64,000 nt of DNA, from positions 16,306,001-16,370,000 of the forward strand of contig OX597823.1 in assembly GCA_951406725.2 (NCBI GenBank). The letters run 5' to 3'. The notes beneath the pieces were generated by a model. It was not told the DNA's origin. It ran no database searches and worked only from the letters and a program-made list of their open reading frames with translations. Made by a program: the position numbers and the translations under genes. Source of the stretch: Octopus vulgaris (taxonomy: Eukaryota). Shown here one piece after another: positions 39,531 through 52,566 of the stretch. Every line of letters begins with the position of its first letter. Within the stretch, counting starts at the first letter, position 1.

Positions 39531-39914
39531 AGTGAAAAAGCCTTTAACATTTCGAGCCTATGCTCTTCCACAGAAAGGAACACAGAAAGAAACAAGGAGA
39601 GAAAATAAAGAATGATAGTGGCTAGCGATCCAACGTGGCGAATGCTGGACAAAAGAGTCACACAGAGGAGCTAGGGAGAAGGGAAGATAATAAAGTAGAG
39701 GTGATCCCAAAACAAAGGTGCGCATGCCTGTGTATAAGAGAGTATGTCTGTGTGTGTGTGGAAGAGGGCTGGTGACCTTGGCGTGTGCGTTTGTATAAGT
39801 GTAGGTGTGAAGGTGTGGGGCTGGGAAGTGGTCAGTGCTAGTGTGTGCATGGTGGGGGTGATGTGGTGTGATGTCTTGTGTGGTATGGTGGTGTAGGGTG
39901 TAGTGGTGTATACA

Positions 39915-40575
<661 letters not shown>

Positions 40576-41058
40576 TGCACGCAAGCATTTGTACATACAA
40601 ATATATATGAATATACAAGCTTTATATCTGTCTAATTTGGCATGTTGTGGTAATGCAATGTCATAATTATACTTGCACTTAAATCTCAACTGAGTAAATA
40701 CACCTTACACTTCAATCTCAATAAAGAGCAAGAACAATGAAAGAATTAGAGTTTTGCCAAATTTTACTTGAGTTACCTTTCAGAATGGCTGGTCATAAAG
40801 TGCAATTTCAAAATAGAACACATTTTCTTTGTAAAGTCTTGTCTTGATTCTCATATATGCTGACATTATATCAAGGCAATGCTGACACTCCATATAAAAA
40901 TATTTGCATTCATTAAAATTTAAGGATGGGCATAAACATAGCTCCACAGGTAAGAGGTTTACTTCGCACCCAAGTGAGTCTAGGTTCAATCTAACCATGC
41001 AGCAACCTAGCGACGTGGTCTTTTTTCTCTATCTCTTTCAATATAGACATCACAAAAA

Positions 41059-41096
41059 CTGCTACTCAGAGTTTCATGTTCCCATTCATCGGACAG
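41059..41096 (-). ncRNA. Minimal hammerhead-like motif (CCGAUGA core variant)
   Basis: CUGU-CCGAUGA-AUG(GGAA)CAU-GAA-ACUC(U)GAGU-A-GCAG, with all three stems pairing. Confidence 0.5.
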
Positions 41097-42621
41097 TTGT
41101 GATCAAGAATGGAATAAAATTGTGATGGTACATGTAATATATTACTCTGAGTAGCAGTTTTTTTTAATGCTTTTGCAGCTTTAATGAAAATCAATATAAG
41201 TTACTCAGTGTTTTACACATAGGACTTTGGTAGAAGGAAACTGACTATAGATTTGCTTGACCAAGACTGAGCAGAGGAAAAGCAAAAGTAACCAAGTAAA
41301 GAGAGTCCCAGCATTTCGTCTAGTACTCTATCAACTCAGACATCCACTCCTTTCAAATATACTTCTTACAAAGACACAAGACTTCAGATTTGAAGGAAAG
41401 GAGGGTTAGTCAATTAAAGACCCCAGTGCTTGACTGGCAACATATTTCATGGCATATAAGAAGCACAGGTATATTAATTGCATTCCAATTTCAACAGTGC
41501 ATATTCAGGTAAAGAAATTTTTAGATCATTAAAGAATGTAAAGTAAATAGCAGTTAGAGTAAGTACAAGAGACTGTCTTGTACTCACTAATAATAGTAAT
41601 AGTAGCGAGCTAATAGTAGTGAATATCAGGGATAAAATTAGCTTAATGGAGGCCCATCTTCATATATGGGACTTGGGTGTGTGTGTGTGTGTGTACATAC
41701 TTTTTTTTTTATTAAAGCTTCAAAAACACCACAAAAAGTGCTACTCAGAGTTTCATGTTCCCATTCGTCGGACAGTTGTGATCAAGAATGGAATAAAATT
41801 GTGATGGTACATGTAATATATTACTCTGAGTAACAGTTTTTTTAATGTTTTTGCAGCTTTAATAAAAAAAAAAGCATATTACTCTATCTTCAGTATTCAA
41901 ATACTATTTTTTCCACCTTATTTTGCATTTATGTGCTTACTCATAGGGTAGTTTTCTACCTGGCCGGCTCCTGTTAACCATCCTACCCATGCATATATGG
42001 AAAACAAACGTTAAACAATGATGATGATGATGATATGACTGTGTGAATGAATATGTGTGTGTGTGTATTATTCACATGTATTGAAGTGGGGATACTAAAT
42101 AACAACACAGACCTCACGGACTCGAGAAAAAAAGTGTTAGCTCTGACAGAAGCTAGCATCCCCCCCGCCCCAGGGAGATTTTTTCTTAGTCCACTTGAAT
42201 GTCATAGAAATCAGAGAGAAAATAAACACCAAATTCAATGAATTGCAGAGCTCCATAACAGGGCAATCAAGAAAGTGCAACACAGAATATTATTATCATT
42301 TTTTATGTTTATACTAAAGTAGAATAAGTTATCTTTGACTGTTGATGTTTGTACCAACTATTATTAAGTTACCGTCTAAAACTTCACAACATTTCAACAA
42401 TATGACCTTGACTATCACCGCAGCCAATGTAACCAGCACTTCTCAACACAGTGACCACTAGTATGACTACTTCAGACATCTACTACCGCCACTTTGACCA
42501 CTCCACATACCCCACCATCACCACAAACACCATGTCAATTAACATACACTGTGTTGAGCTAACGAGCAAGCCTCTAGTCACTCAACCCACTAGAAAAAGC
42601 AACCAAATTTCTCTTAAATTA

Positions 42622-42835
42622 TACTCTCTTTACTCTCTTTTACTTGTTTCAGTCATTTGACTGCGGCCATGCTGGAGCACCGCCTTTAGTCGAGCAAGTC
42701 GACCCCGGGACTTATTCTTTGTAAGCCCAGTACTTATTCTATCGGTCTCTTTTGCCAAACCGCTAAGTGACGGGGACGTAAACACACCAGCATCGGTTGT
42801 CAAGCAATGCTAGGGGAACAAACACAGACACACAA

Positions 42836-42890
<55 letters not shown>

Positions 42891-43050
42891 TACGACAGGC
42901 TTCTTTCAGTTTCCGTCTACCAAATCCACTCACAAGGCTTTGGTCGGCCCGGGGCTATAGCAGAAGACATTTGCCCAAGATGCCATGCAGTGGGACTGAA
43001 CCCGGAACCATGTGGTTGGTTAGCAAGCTACTTACCACACAGCCACTCCC
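42622..43050 (-). mobile_element. SINE family A, young full-length copy
   Basis: Nearly identical to 45248-45666 and to the reverse complement of 16544-16945. Confidence 0.88.
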
Positions 43051-43729
43051 ATTTTTTTAATAAAAAGAGGACACATTAGATGGTGCAATTCTAGAAATCT
43101 CACAAAAAAGACAGAATGCTTATGACTGACCTGTGGCTAAAAACCAACATACACTACACATATATACGCTACAGAGATATACATATTTTGCATATAAACA
43201 TAATATATACACACGTCAAAAATGTGTATTATACAAAATAAAAACAAAGTGTATATGTAAACACAAATGTATTATCATCATCCTTTTACATGCTTGCATA
43301 CACACACACATATACATACAAATATACACACACACACATTTATATACATAGATACACACATAACATTACATATTTACTTAACAGCAATAAGAAGACTAAA
43401 GATCGTGCCTTATTTTCATTTTTACATTTGTTTTTTCCCGCCCTTATCTCTCTCTCTCTCTCTGTCATATTATCCCCTCCACACCCCCACTATTACAACA
43501 TATACACCTCTCTCCACACTACCCCCAACACACACAGTTTCTCACCAATCTCAATTCTCTTTTTGCTATTATGTAACATCCTCACCTCACCTCACACCCT
43601 CATCTCAAGAAGCTTTCTTTTCTTTCTTCCTTGTTCCTCCTTTCCCTCTCTTCCTTTTTCTTCATCTTATACCTTCACCTCTTTCTTCACTCTTCCACCC
43701 CCTCAGCCACTCCCTTCCTCTTCCCCCAT

Positions 43730-44010
43730 CTTCCGCGCCATCTCCCATCAATCCCCCCGCGTGCCATTTCTAGATTCTTTAACTAGGAGGCCACCATGTG
43801 CTTGCATATCAAGTCCACATGTATTTATGGAGTCCAACCGTTTCAAACATTCCCACGCTGCTCAGCTGATTCTGCGAAAACTGCAGAATTCTCTTGGACT
43901 GATTCAGGATAGCAACATAAGAAAGAAAGTAAGCAGAACTAACAGTGCCAAATCTAAGCCGCTGCCGCCAGCAACAGTGGCCCTGAGATCTGAATAAATA
44001 ATCCGTCCCA
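43730..44010. promoter_or_regulatory. Candidate intronic enhancer with CSL/Su(H), Hes/Hairy and E-box sites
   Basis: Unique, CpG-containing block with CGTGGGAA (minus, 43850-43857), TGGCACGCG (minus, 43758-43766), CAGCTG at 43863-43868 and CATGTG at 43795-43800. Confidence 0.35.
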
Positions 44011-44533
44011 TCCATTCACATACATATCAATAACACTAGTTATAATCTTATAATATTTGCTGTTTGTGCAATTTAGTAATTAACAACCAATTAAACAAGC
44101 AACAAAGGAGCTTCTATGTGGTTGCTCACACTGGTAGAAATAGTTACCAAATCACACCCTGTTGTCTTAAAAAAAGGGGGCATATTGGACATTATAGCAC
44201 CTGATATATATAAAAAAAAAAGGGGTGGGAATGTTTGAATTATTACAGCTGGAACTCTTTTGAAGATAGATCTGAATAGTAACATGACCATTTACTAAAA
44301 CATTTTTTTAAACTTCTGCTTTTTTCAAAATCTATTTTGTATTATGCAAAATCTATATTGTTTTGGATGAGAAAGAACAAATCTTAACCAAAATTTTCCA
44401 TTACCAGGGATGAGATGCTAACCTCTTCAGCACTGTCAACCATTTTACAACCCTTCTCAGACCACAACTTTGGAAAAAAAAGAGCAAATTTTAACTAAAG
44501 TTCCCTGCTATCAGGGATAGGATGCTGAATGCT

Positions 44534-44746
44534 TTAACCTCTCAGCTTTCAAATTACTCCGTCAGATGTACCGCTTATTTATTTACAAAGTTTTGAATTG
44601 GTCACACTTATCTCATAGCTCTGAGATTTTAAAGATTACTTTTAAAAGACATTGTAGTGTAGGTGTGAGAGGCCAGATCTAGCTGGTTTGAAGATAAAAC
44701 AGAATATTTTGGCTAGATATGGCCAGTTTAAATGCTAAAGGATTAA
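44534..44746. mobile_element. TTAA-flanked MITE, homologue of 18710-18933
   Basis: Shared gacattgtag...gaatattttggc.agatatggc..gtttaaatgcta body. Confidence 0.65.
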
Positions 44747-44939
44747 TACTATATGTTCCTCTATGAGCCATTGGATCACTGTTCATTTGGTTTTTTAGTT
44801 GGTGAAAGCAAAAAACATCCTCCTGGATATGACGCCTGTTAACCACAGGTAACTTCTCTCATAAGAAAAATTGAACTCAGCACTGTAAGTCAGTGGGTAG
44901 ATTCAGTGTTACACAGTGTGACAAGGCTGGCCCTTTGAA

Positions 44940-45131
44940 AGAGGAAGAAAGAGTGTGAGAAAGTTGTGGTGAAAGAGTACATCAGGGTTTGCCACCAACC
45001 CCTGCCGAAGCCTCATGGAGCTTTAGGTGTTTTTGTTTAGTAAACACTCACAACACCCAGTCTGGGAATCGAAACTGCGATTGTATGACTGCGAGTCTGC
45101 TGCCCTAACCACTGGGCCATTGTGCCTCCAC
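44940..45131 (-). mobile_element. SINE family D, 5' part
   Basis: Reverse complement of the 26556 head and body. Confidence 0.72.
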
Positions 45132-45247
45132 CTATGCATGTATATGCACAGGCACAATCACATTAATAAACACACACAAACACACAAAAGAATAACATTA
45201 TTTCACTATTTTTGTGATACACATATAAATGCATGCATTTGTATGTA

Positions 45248-45471
45248 TACTCTTACTCTTTTACTCTTTTACTTGTTTCAGTCATTTGACTGCGGCCATG
45301 CTGGAGCACCGCCTTTAGTCGAGCAAATCGACCCCGGGACTTATTCTTTGTAAGCCCAGTACTTATTCTATCGGTCTCTTTTTGCCGAACCGCTAAGTGA
45401 CGGGGACGTAAACACACCAGCATCGGTTGTCAAGCAATGCTAGGGGGACAAACACAGACACACAAACACAC

Positions 45472-45504
<33 letters not shown>

Positions 45505-45666
45505 CATATATACGACAGGCTTCTTTCAGTTTCCATCTACCAAATCCACTCACAAGGCATTGGTCGACCCGGGGCTATAGCAGAAGACACTTGCCCAAGA
45601 TGCCACGCAGTGGGACTGAACCCGGAACCATGTGGTTGGTTAGCAAGCTACTTACCACACAGCCAC
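45248..45666 (-). mobile_element. SINE family A, young copy
   Basis: Nearly identical to 42622-43050. Confidence 0.88.
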
Positions 45667-46831
45667 ATTAATATACACATACACATGCAGAAAGTAGAAA
45701 TCAAAAAAGAATGCCATTTTCTAAGACCTATTCTATGTGACATATACCACAGACATCCACTCAAAAAAAACACCCTTATACCATTTCTACAAAAGCTTCA
45801 TTTTCTGTGAGATTTTTCTGATAGATTGAAGGAAGGTTAAACAAAGAGGCAACAGCAGGGAGTGAAGATAAAAATCTTTCATTTCAACTGGTTTAAGATT
45901 GCAAGGAAACTACAGAGTGATATTATTATTTGCCATCCATTTAACTTACAGAAAACAGGAAGGCAGTATTATCTAAGGAAGTCAATCTTGCCTGTAATTA
46001 ATGCATGGGAACAGAATAATGTGAGGAAAATAATTAATTAAAAATAGTTTGAAAAATATGGATATGAGGAAAGAAAAGAAAATTTTAATATATGATTATA
46101 AAATAAATAAAGTTATCCTTTAACCAAAATTTATAGCAATCTCAATTTTGGTTGTTTTTTTTTAATGTTCTATTTTAAATTCCAAACACAGATTCAAATT
46201 TTTCATATTAATTTTTCTATTTTATTTTATTTTTTTGTTTTGGTCATTTATCAATGCTAATGATGATGTTGATGTACTGATTAACACCGATAAATAACCA
46301 AAAACTAGATTTTTGGATCTGTATGTGTCATGCCAAAGTCTTAGCAATAATGTCTTCAATTTTCACTTCAAACCTTTTTCTGGATATGACACTGTAGTTG
46401 TCTTGTTGTTGTTATTGTTCAGCTTAGGTCAAACTTACTCAGACCAATGATCAAAACCATTCCAGCTCTGACCATCCAGACTTCCATATAAAATTATATT
46501 AAACTACTTAGACACAGTTTACCCCAGACTACAATATCTAATGTCTTTAAAAAATGGTAGGATGTGACTAAAGGGATTTCTTTTAGAACAGAAGGACATG
46601 TTTGATGATATAGCACTGCATTTTGTCTGAAGAAAAAGATACTATACTAAATTACAATACTACACTATTATAGCACGTACTACACTATATGACACAATAT
46701 TAGTATCCTGTACAACAATTCTATAGTACATATACTATAAATTGGTATGCTACACTGTAAAGTAATACACTGCTATATAGTAGTATGCTCTGCCATACTA
46801 GTAAGCATTACATCATACTACACTGCACTAT

Positions 46832-47135
46832 GTGGAGGCACATGACCTAGTGGTTAGAGCAGCAGACTCGCAGTCGAGTAATCGTGGGTTCAAATCTCAG
46901 ACCGGGCAATGTGTGTGTTTAAGAGCGAAACACCTAAGCTCCATGCGGCTCTGACAGAAGGTAGTGGTGAACTTCTCTTGACTCTTTCGCCACAACTTTC
47001 TCTCACTCTTTCCTCCTGCATCATGCAGCTCACCTGCGACAGATCAGCATCTCGTCCAGGTGGGGAACCTATACTCCAAGGGAACCGGGAAACCGGCCCT
47101 TATGAGCCAGGCGTGGCTCGAGAAAGAACAAACAA
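46832..47135 (+). mobile_element. SINE family D head with a different 3' tail
   Basis: Shares the first ~180 nt with 26556, then diverges and ends gaaagaacaaacaaa. Confidence 0.75.
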
Positions 47136-47498
47136 AACACTGCACTATGCCACCCTTGTATACGCTTACTATGAAGTAAACAACAACAAAACAAAACAAA
47201 AGGGTGAAATATCTCAAGCGATGTTTTCACATTATTAGCCCATGTATGGCATGTGTGAGTGCATGTGCGTGTAAATTTGTGTGTAAATGTGTGTATTTAC
47301 ATAAATAAAGGGTATGGATATACTCTCATGGTATTTACATTAGCAAGATCAACAGCAACACACCGACGAAGGCGCATCTATGTGGTTACAAGATCTGTTA
47401 AAAATAGCAGCAGAGTGACTTCAATCAAATTACTTTAAAAAAAAAAAATGACACAGAGGATAGTACAATTCTAAATGTCTTTAAAACAAAGACAGGAC

Positions 47499-47648
47499 GT
47501 ACATTATTTACATTCTACAGATATTTGTCTTCATCTTGTTTGTTGTTAACACAACATTTCAGCTAATATACACTCCAGCCTTCTTCAGGTGCCTTTGGGA
47601 AATTTCGAACCTAGGTACTCATTCCTAAGGTATTTTTCGATGTTGTTG

Positions 47649-47698
<50 letters not shown>

Positions 47699-47924
47699 GT
47701 TGTTGTTGTTCTTGTTATTGTTCAGGTCACTGCTTGGAATTGAACTCGGAATCTTGGGGTTAGTAGCCTGTGCTCTTAACCTCTACGCCATATGCCCGTG
47801 GGCTGAAGAAGGCTGGAGGGGGTATATCAGCCGAAATGTTGTGTTAACAACAAACAAGATGAGGACAAGTATCTGTTGAATGTAAATAATGTACATAATT
47901 CCTCATCTCTTAAATAATAGAACT
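47499..47924 (-). mobile_element. tRNA-headed element with hammerhead-like tail (family H), copy 2, with inverted tail duplicate
   Basis: Colinear with 17598-17857. Inverted arms at 47499-47588 and 47803-47894. Confidence 0.78.
47548..47593 (-). ncRNA. Minimal type-I hammerhead ribozyme-like motif (Penelope-type)
   Basis: GGCAC-CUGAAGA-A-GGCUG(gagtgtatat)UAGCU-GAAA-UG-UU-GUGUU has intact CUGANGA and GAAA cores. Stems I and II pair, and stem III is vestigial. Confidence 0.55.
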
Positions 47925-48858
47925 AAAAGACAGGCTGGTCATGGTTGGAATGCCTTTGTTCATCAGCTTACTCAATACCACTGCCATCATCATCATCACC
48001 ACAGAAAAAACAAGAACAGCAGTAGCAGTACCGGCACCAGCAGTAGCGAAGGCAGCGGTAACCAAGTGCCACCGTCAACATCAGCTTGATCTCATTTTCT
48101 TCCTCCTTCTAGCAGACTTTATTCCTTGAGAATCTCTGTTTGGTCGAAATCTCAAGAAGCAAAAAACCCTCAAGTGTGAGAAAAATAAAGAGTGCATCTA
48201 ACGGTTGGCTGGTTGGCTGGCTGGTTGGGTGGTTGGTTGGTTGGTTTGCTGATGGAGAACTGGGTGTGTGTACGGTACAGTGAGTGGTTGTTGGGAGGAG
48301 GGGGGAGGAGGAGGAGGACGAGGAGAGGGTAAACTAGGGTAGAAAAGACTTTACAGAAAAAAACAAAAAAAAAAACAAAGGAAAAAAAAAAGGAAAGAGA
48401 AACCCATCCACGTAGAAGCTATAAAGGTACAGGGTGGGTGGGTGGGTGGGTGGGAATGGTGGGGGATAAATTAAAACAACAACAACAACAACAACAACAA
48501 CAAGTGCAGTGAAACAAGAGGTGCAAAATGGTTAGTTCATTCCAACCCTAACCCTGCCATACTTTCAACCAGAGATAATATTTATGGAATCAGGGTAGAG
48601 GTGCAGTGAGGTGAAGTGTAGGAGGGGTGGATGAGAGGAATGGTTACTGATAGGGAAGTTTTTTTTTTCTTTTTCTCTATTTTTTTTTCTTTTTTTTTTT
48701 TACGTCTTTAGTTTCTGATCAAATCAGATCTGGGAAAAAAATTTGCTGTCCTTTTAGTTTGTACATGTTTGTGTTTGTATATTAATACACACACACACAC
48801 ACACATGCACATACAAACATAAACACACAAAGATACACACACACACACACAGACATAT

Positions 48859-48907
<49 letters not shown>

Positions 48908-48976
48908 TATCATTTAACGTCCATGTTCCATACATGTATACATATGTATACACATGTGTAAGTGTGTGTGCATGTG

Positions 48977-49015
<39 letters not shown>

Positions 49016-49137
49016 CCATCACCTTAATCATCAGGTATGGCCAAGTGGTTACAAAATATGGTTTGCTATCACAACATCCAGGGTTCAAGTCCACTATTTG
49101 GCACTTTGACCAAGTCTCTTTCACCATAGCTATAGTT

Positions 49138-49307
49138 CAGGGTCATCTTAGCAAGTTTATGAGCCCCCAGGCAAATCAGTGCGCTAGGCCCAATAATTTT
49201 TTTTTTTTTTTACAGCAAGCCACAATATACATAAATCAGAACTGGGCCCCAAAACCCATGAGGTCCCTGGCCAACTGCCCAGTATGCCCATACCTCAAGA
49301 CAGCCCT
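49138..49307. mobile_element. hAT-like MITE
   Basis: Ends cagggtcatctt and aagacagccctg, with internal gggcccc motifs. Target-site duplication not clear. Confidence 0.5.
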
Positions 49308-49412
49308 GCTTAGACCAACCCAAGCTTTATGAATGAAACTGAATAGAAAGAAAATGTGTGGAAGCTTGGCAGGGTAACTCTACTTGAATTTAAAGGGCCA
49401 GGCCTTGTCACA

Positions 49413-49654
49413 GTATCGGTTGTCAAGCGATGCTGGGGGGGGGGGGACAAACAGACACACAAACATATACACACATACATTTATATACATATACAACAGG
49501 CTTCTTCCAGTTTCCGTCTACCAAATCCACTCACAAGGCTTTGGTCAGACGAAGCTATAGTAGAAGACACTTGTCCAAGGTGCCACACAGTGGAACTGAA
49601 CCCGGGACCATGTGATTGATACGCAAGCTACATACCACACAGCCACTCCTGCAC

Positions 49655-49656
<2 letters not shown>
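49413..49656 (-). mobile_element. SINE family A, 5' half
   Basis: A and B boxes plus part of the body. Confidence 0.75.
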
Positions 49657-49689
<33 letters not shown>

Positions 49690-49759
49690 CATACACACAC
49701 ACATATATGTGATAGATATAGATATGTGTGCGTGTGTATGTGCATGTGTGAGTGAGTCA

Positions 49760-49836
<77 letters not shown>

Positions 49837-50060
49837 CACACACACACACAAACACACATATATATATTTATATACTACAGCCTCTATCTTCAACTTCACC
49901 ATAGTCCAAACATAACAAAATCTGAATATTTCACAGCTGGGCACTTAAATACATGCATCATATGCATGTGTGAGTGAACACATGTATATGTATCATAATT
50001 GTTGCGCCTGTCAAAAAAACAACAACATAGCATTGGAATGTTTCACAGCTGGGAAAGTAA

Positions 50061-50108
<48 letters not shown>

Positions 50109-50193
50109 GTTGATGTTACCAATTAACTGTTGTTAAATCATAATGCATCTAGAAGAAATTCATCTCTAATAGAACCTGCATTTCTTGCTTATA

Positions 50194-50239
<46 letters not shown>

Positions 50240-51980
50240 ATTATTTATTTCTCTCTCCTCTTCATTCTCCTCCTTCCCTCTATTCTATGGTTTCTATCTT
50301 TTTCATTCAAGGTCCTTATATTATCCTCGTTAACTACTTGTCTTTCTTAAAAGAGCTCACCCCCCCTCGCTATCTTCCTCTACTAATCTTCACATCCTGA
50401 AACACACAAACAAATAAACAAACACACACACACACAAGCACACGCACACACACACACACACACAACAACTGTAGTTTCAGATGAAATGAAACTATTGTTA
50501 GGAATTAAACCTAAGTCAATGACCAGGTATTTTAATTTCATTTGCTGACGGGGACTTCTTTCCCATTTATCTCTGCAGTTAATGGGCGTGAGAAAGTTAT
50601 GAACATCACACAATCTCTTATCTTTAGTGCCCCTCACACACTTCCTCTGAATCTAATATCCTTGTATGCAGACATGACCATGTGGTTCAGAAGTTTGCTT
50701 TACACCTATATTGTTTTAGGTTCAATCCCAGGGCACACTGACTCAGGGAAAGGTCTTACAGCCTTGGGTAGACCAAAGCCTTGAGAGTGAAATTTGTTAG
50801 CTGAAATTAAGGAAGTTTGTTAGGGGGATCATTTGCACTTTTGGGTGGGGATATAAAACCTGTTGTCAAGGTTTGATATCACCATCTGGCCCTGGATTCT
50901 ATTAAATGAAGTCCTTCACAGTTACAAGCCTCCAAGCCAGGTTTCTGTTCTGCGGATAACATCTTTCCCTCCTTCCTCACACCAGGACCAGAAAAGGGTC
51001 GTTGGGCACTACCCTCATGCCTTTGACTAATAAATTAATTAAAAATGGATATTTATATTACACACACACTCATGGTGTTTTTCTTTGTGTTTTCTCCACT
51101 CTGTCTAAGTTATGAAACTTGGGGTAGTACCTATAACATTCCTCATGCCCTCTGAGACTCCTGGGGTTTGGTAGGGGCAATGCATAAAAGAAAACCAAAA
51201 TCCATGGGTTACAGTAGTGGGGAGTAGTATGAGGGGTGTGAGTGTGGAAGAAGACTACAACCCACAAGTAGCTATCGTAGGAAGTAGCAACATTTAGAAA
51301 GCAAGTTATCCTTGACCAGAGACCAAATCTTCACTCTAACAAATTCCTGATTAATCCAACCAATATTCACACATTCCTTCCATTTCATAGATCAAAGACA
51401 GCATATACAAACTATGGGTAAGCTAATGAAGAATTAAAACTGGATTATGAACACAGTTCGCTCACAGCTTACTCCTTGCTCTTATAACGTTGACATTTAG
51501 TGATTAAAGAGAAGAAAAAAAAATGAAAATAAAGAACATATTCCTTTAAGACAATATTTAATGGTATTAGGTGTTGTTGTTGCTGTTGTTGTTGGTAGTG
51601 GTGGCAGTGGTAATAATAATGGATCAAACAACAAGCAACTTAAAACAAGAACAACCATGTCAATAGAAGGCAAAGCTTAAACTTCTTAACACTAACCAAA
51701 CAAGGAAAACCATTGGGTGGACGTTTGTCATTCATGCTCGCTTATTTCCTCTTATGTGTATGCATGTCATGTGTGTTTGTATATATACACACACCTACAA
51801 ATGCCTATAATAGCAAGTGAGGTATAATTGATTATCTTGATAGACAACACAGCCATTTTCTTCTTTTCACTTTTTTTTTCTACCTTTCGCAACTCTGCTG
51901 CAAATATTCAGTGGCGTTCATTTAATCGTACAATGGATGCAACTTTTGCAATAATGCATGGACTTTTTACATAGCCTGAA

Positions 51981-52566
51981 CATCATCATCGTTTAACGTC
52001 CGCTTTCCATGCTAGCATGGGTTGGACGGTTCAACTGGGGTCTGGGAAGCCCGAAGGCTGCACCAGACCAGTCAGATCTGGCAGTGTTTCTACAGCTGGA
52101 TGCCCTTCCTAACGCCAACCACTCCGAGAGTGTAGTGGGTGATTTTATGTGCCACCGACACAGGTGCCAGACGAAGCTGGCGAACGGCCATGCTCGGATG
52201 GTGTTTTTTTATGTGCCACCGACACAGGTGCCAGATGAGGCTGGCGAACGGCCACGCTCGGATGGTGTTTTTTTATGTGCCACCGACACAGGTGCCAGAC
52301 AAGGCTGGCGAACGGCCACACCCGGATGGTGTTTTTTTATGTGCCACCGACACAGGTGCCAGACGAGGCTGGCAGACAGCCACGCTCGGATGGTGTTTTT
52401 TTATGTGCCACCGACACAGGTGCCAGACGAGGCTGGCGAACGGCCACGCTCGGATGGTGTTTTTTTATGTGCCACCGACACAGGTGCCAGATGAGGCTGG
52501 CAGACGGCCACGCTCGGGTGGTGTTTTTTATGTGCCACCGACACAGGTGCCAGACGAGGCCAGGTG
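51981..52566 (-). mobile_element. Retroposon family C with an expanded 64-bp tandem array
   Basis: (ATC)n tail at 51981. The body matches the reverse complement of 6120-6288. Confidence 0.8.
52147..52560. repeat. 64-bp GC-rich minisatellite, about 6.5 units
   Basis: Unit atgtgccaccgacacaggtgccagacgaggctggcgaacggccacgctcggatggtgttttttt starts at 52147, 52211, 52275, 52339, 52403, 52467 and 52530. Confidence 0.95.

Noticed and set aside
43290-43997. 235-aa plus-strand ORF
   Set aside because: Mostly CA/CT low-complexity sequence with no recognisable domain. The unique 3' part is better explained as non-coding.
52147-52560. CRISPR array or tandem HDV-like ribozyme (CCUCGU loop, possible GGCACA/UGUGUC-GG P1)
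   Set aside because: There are no unique spacers or cas genes. The loop is separated from the P1 3' strand by extra bases and no C-N-R-A/P2 closure is evident, so the HDV topology is not met.
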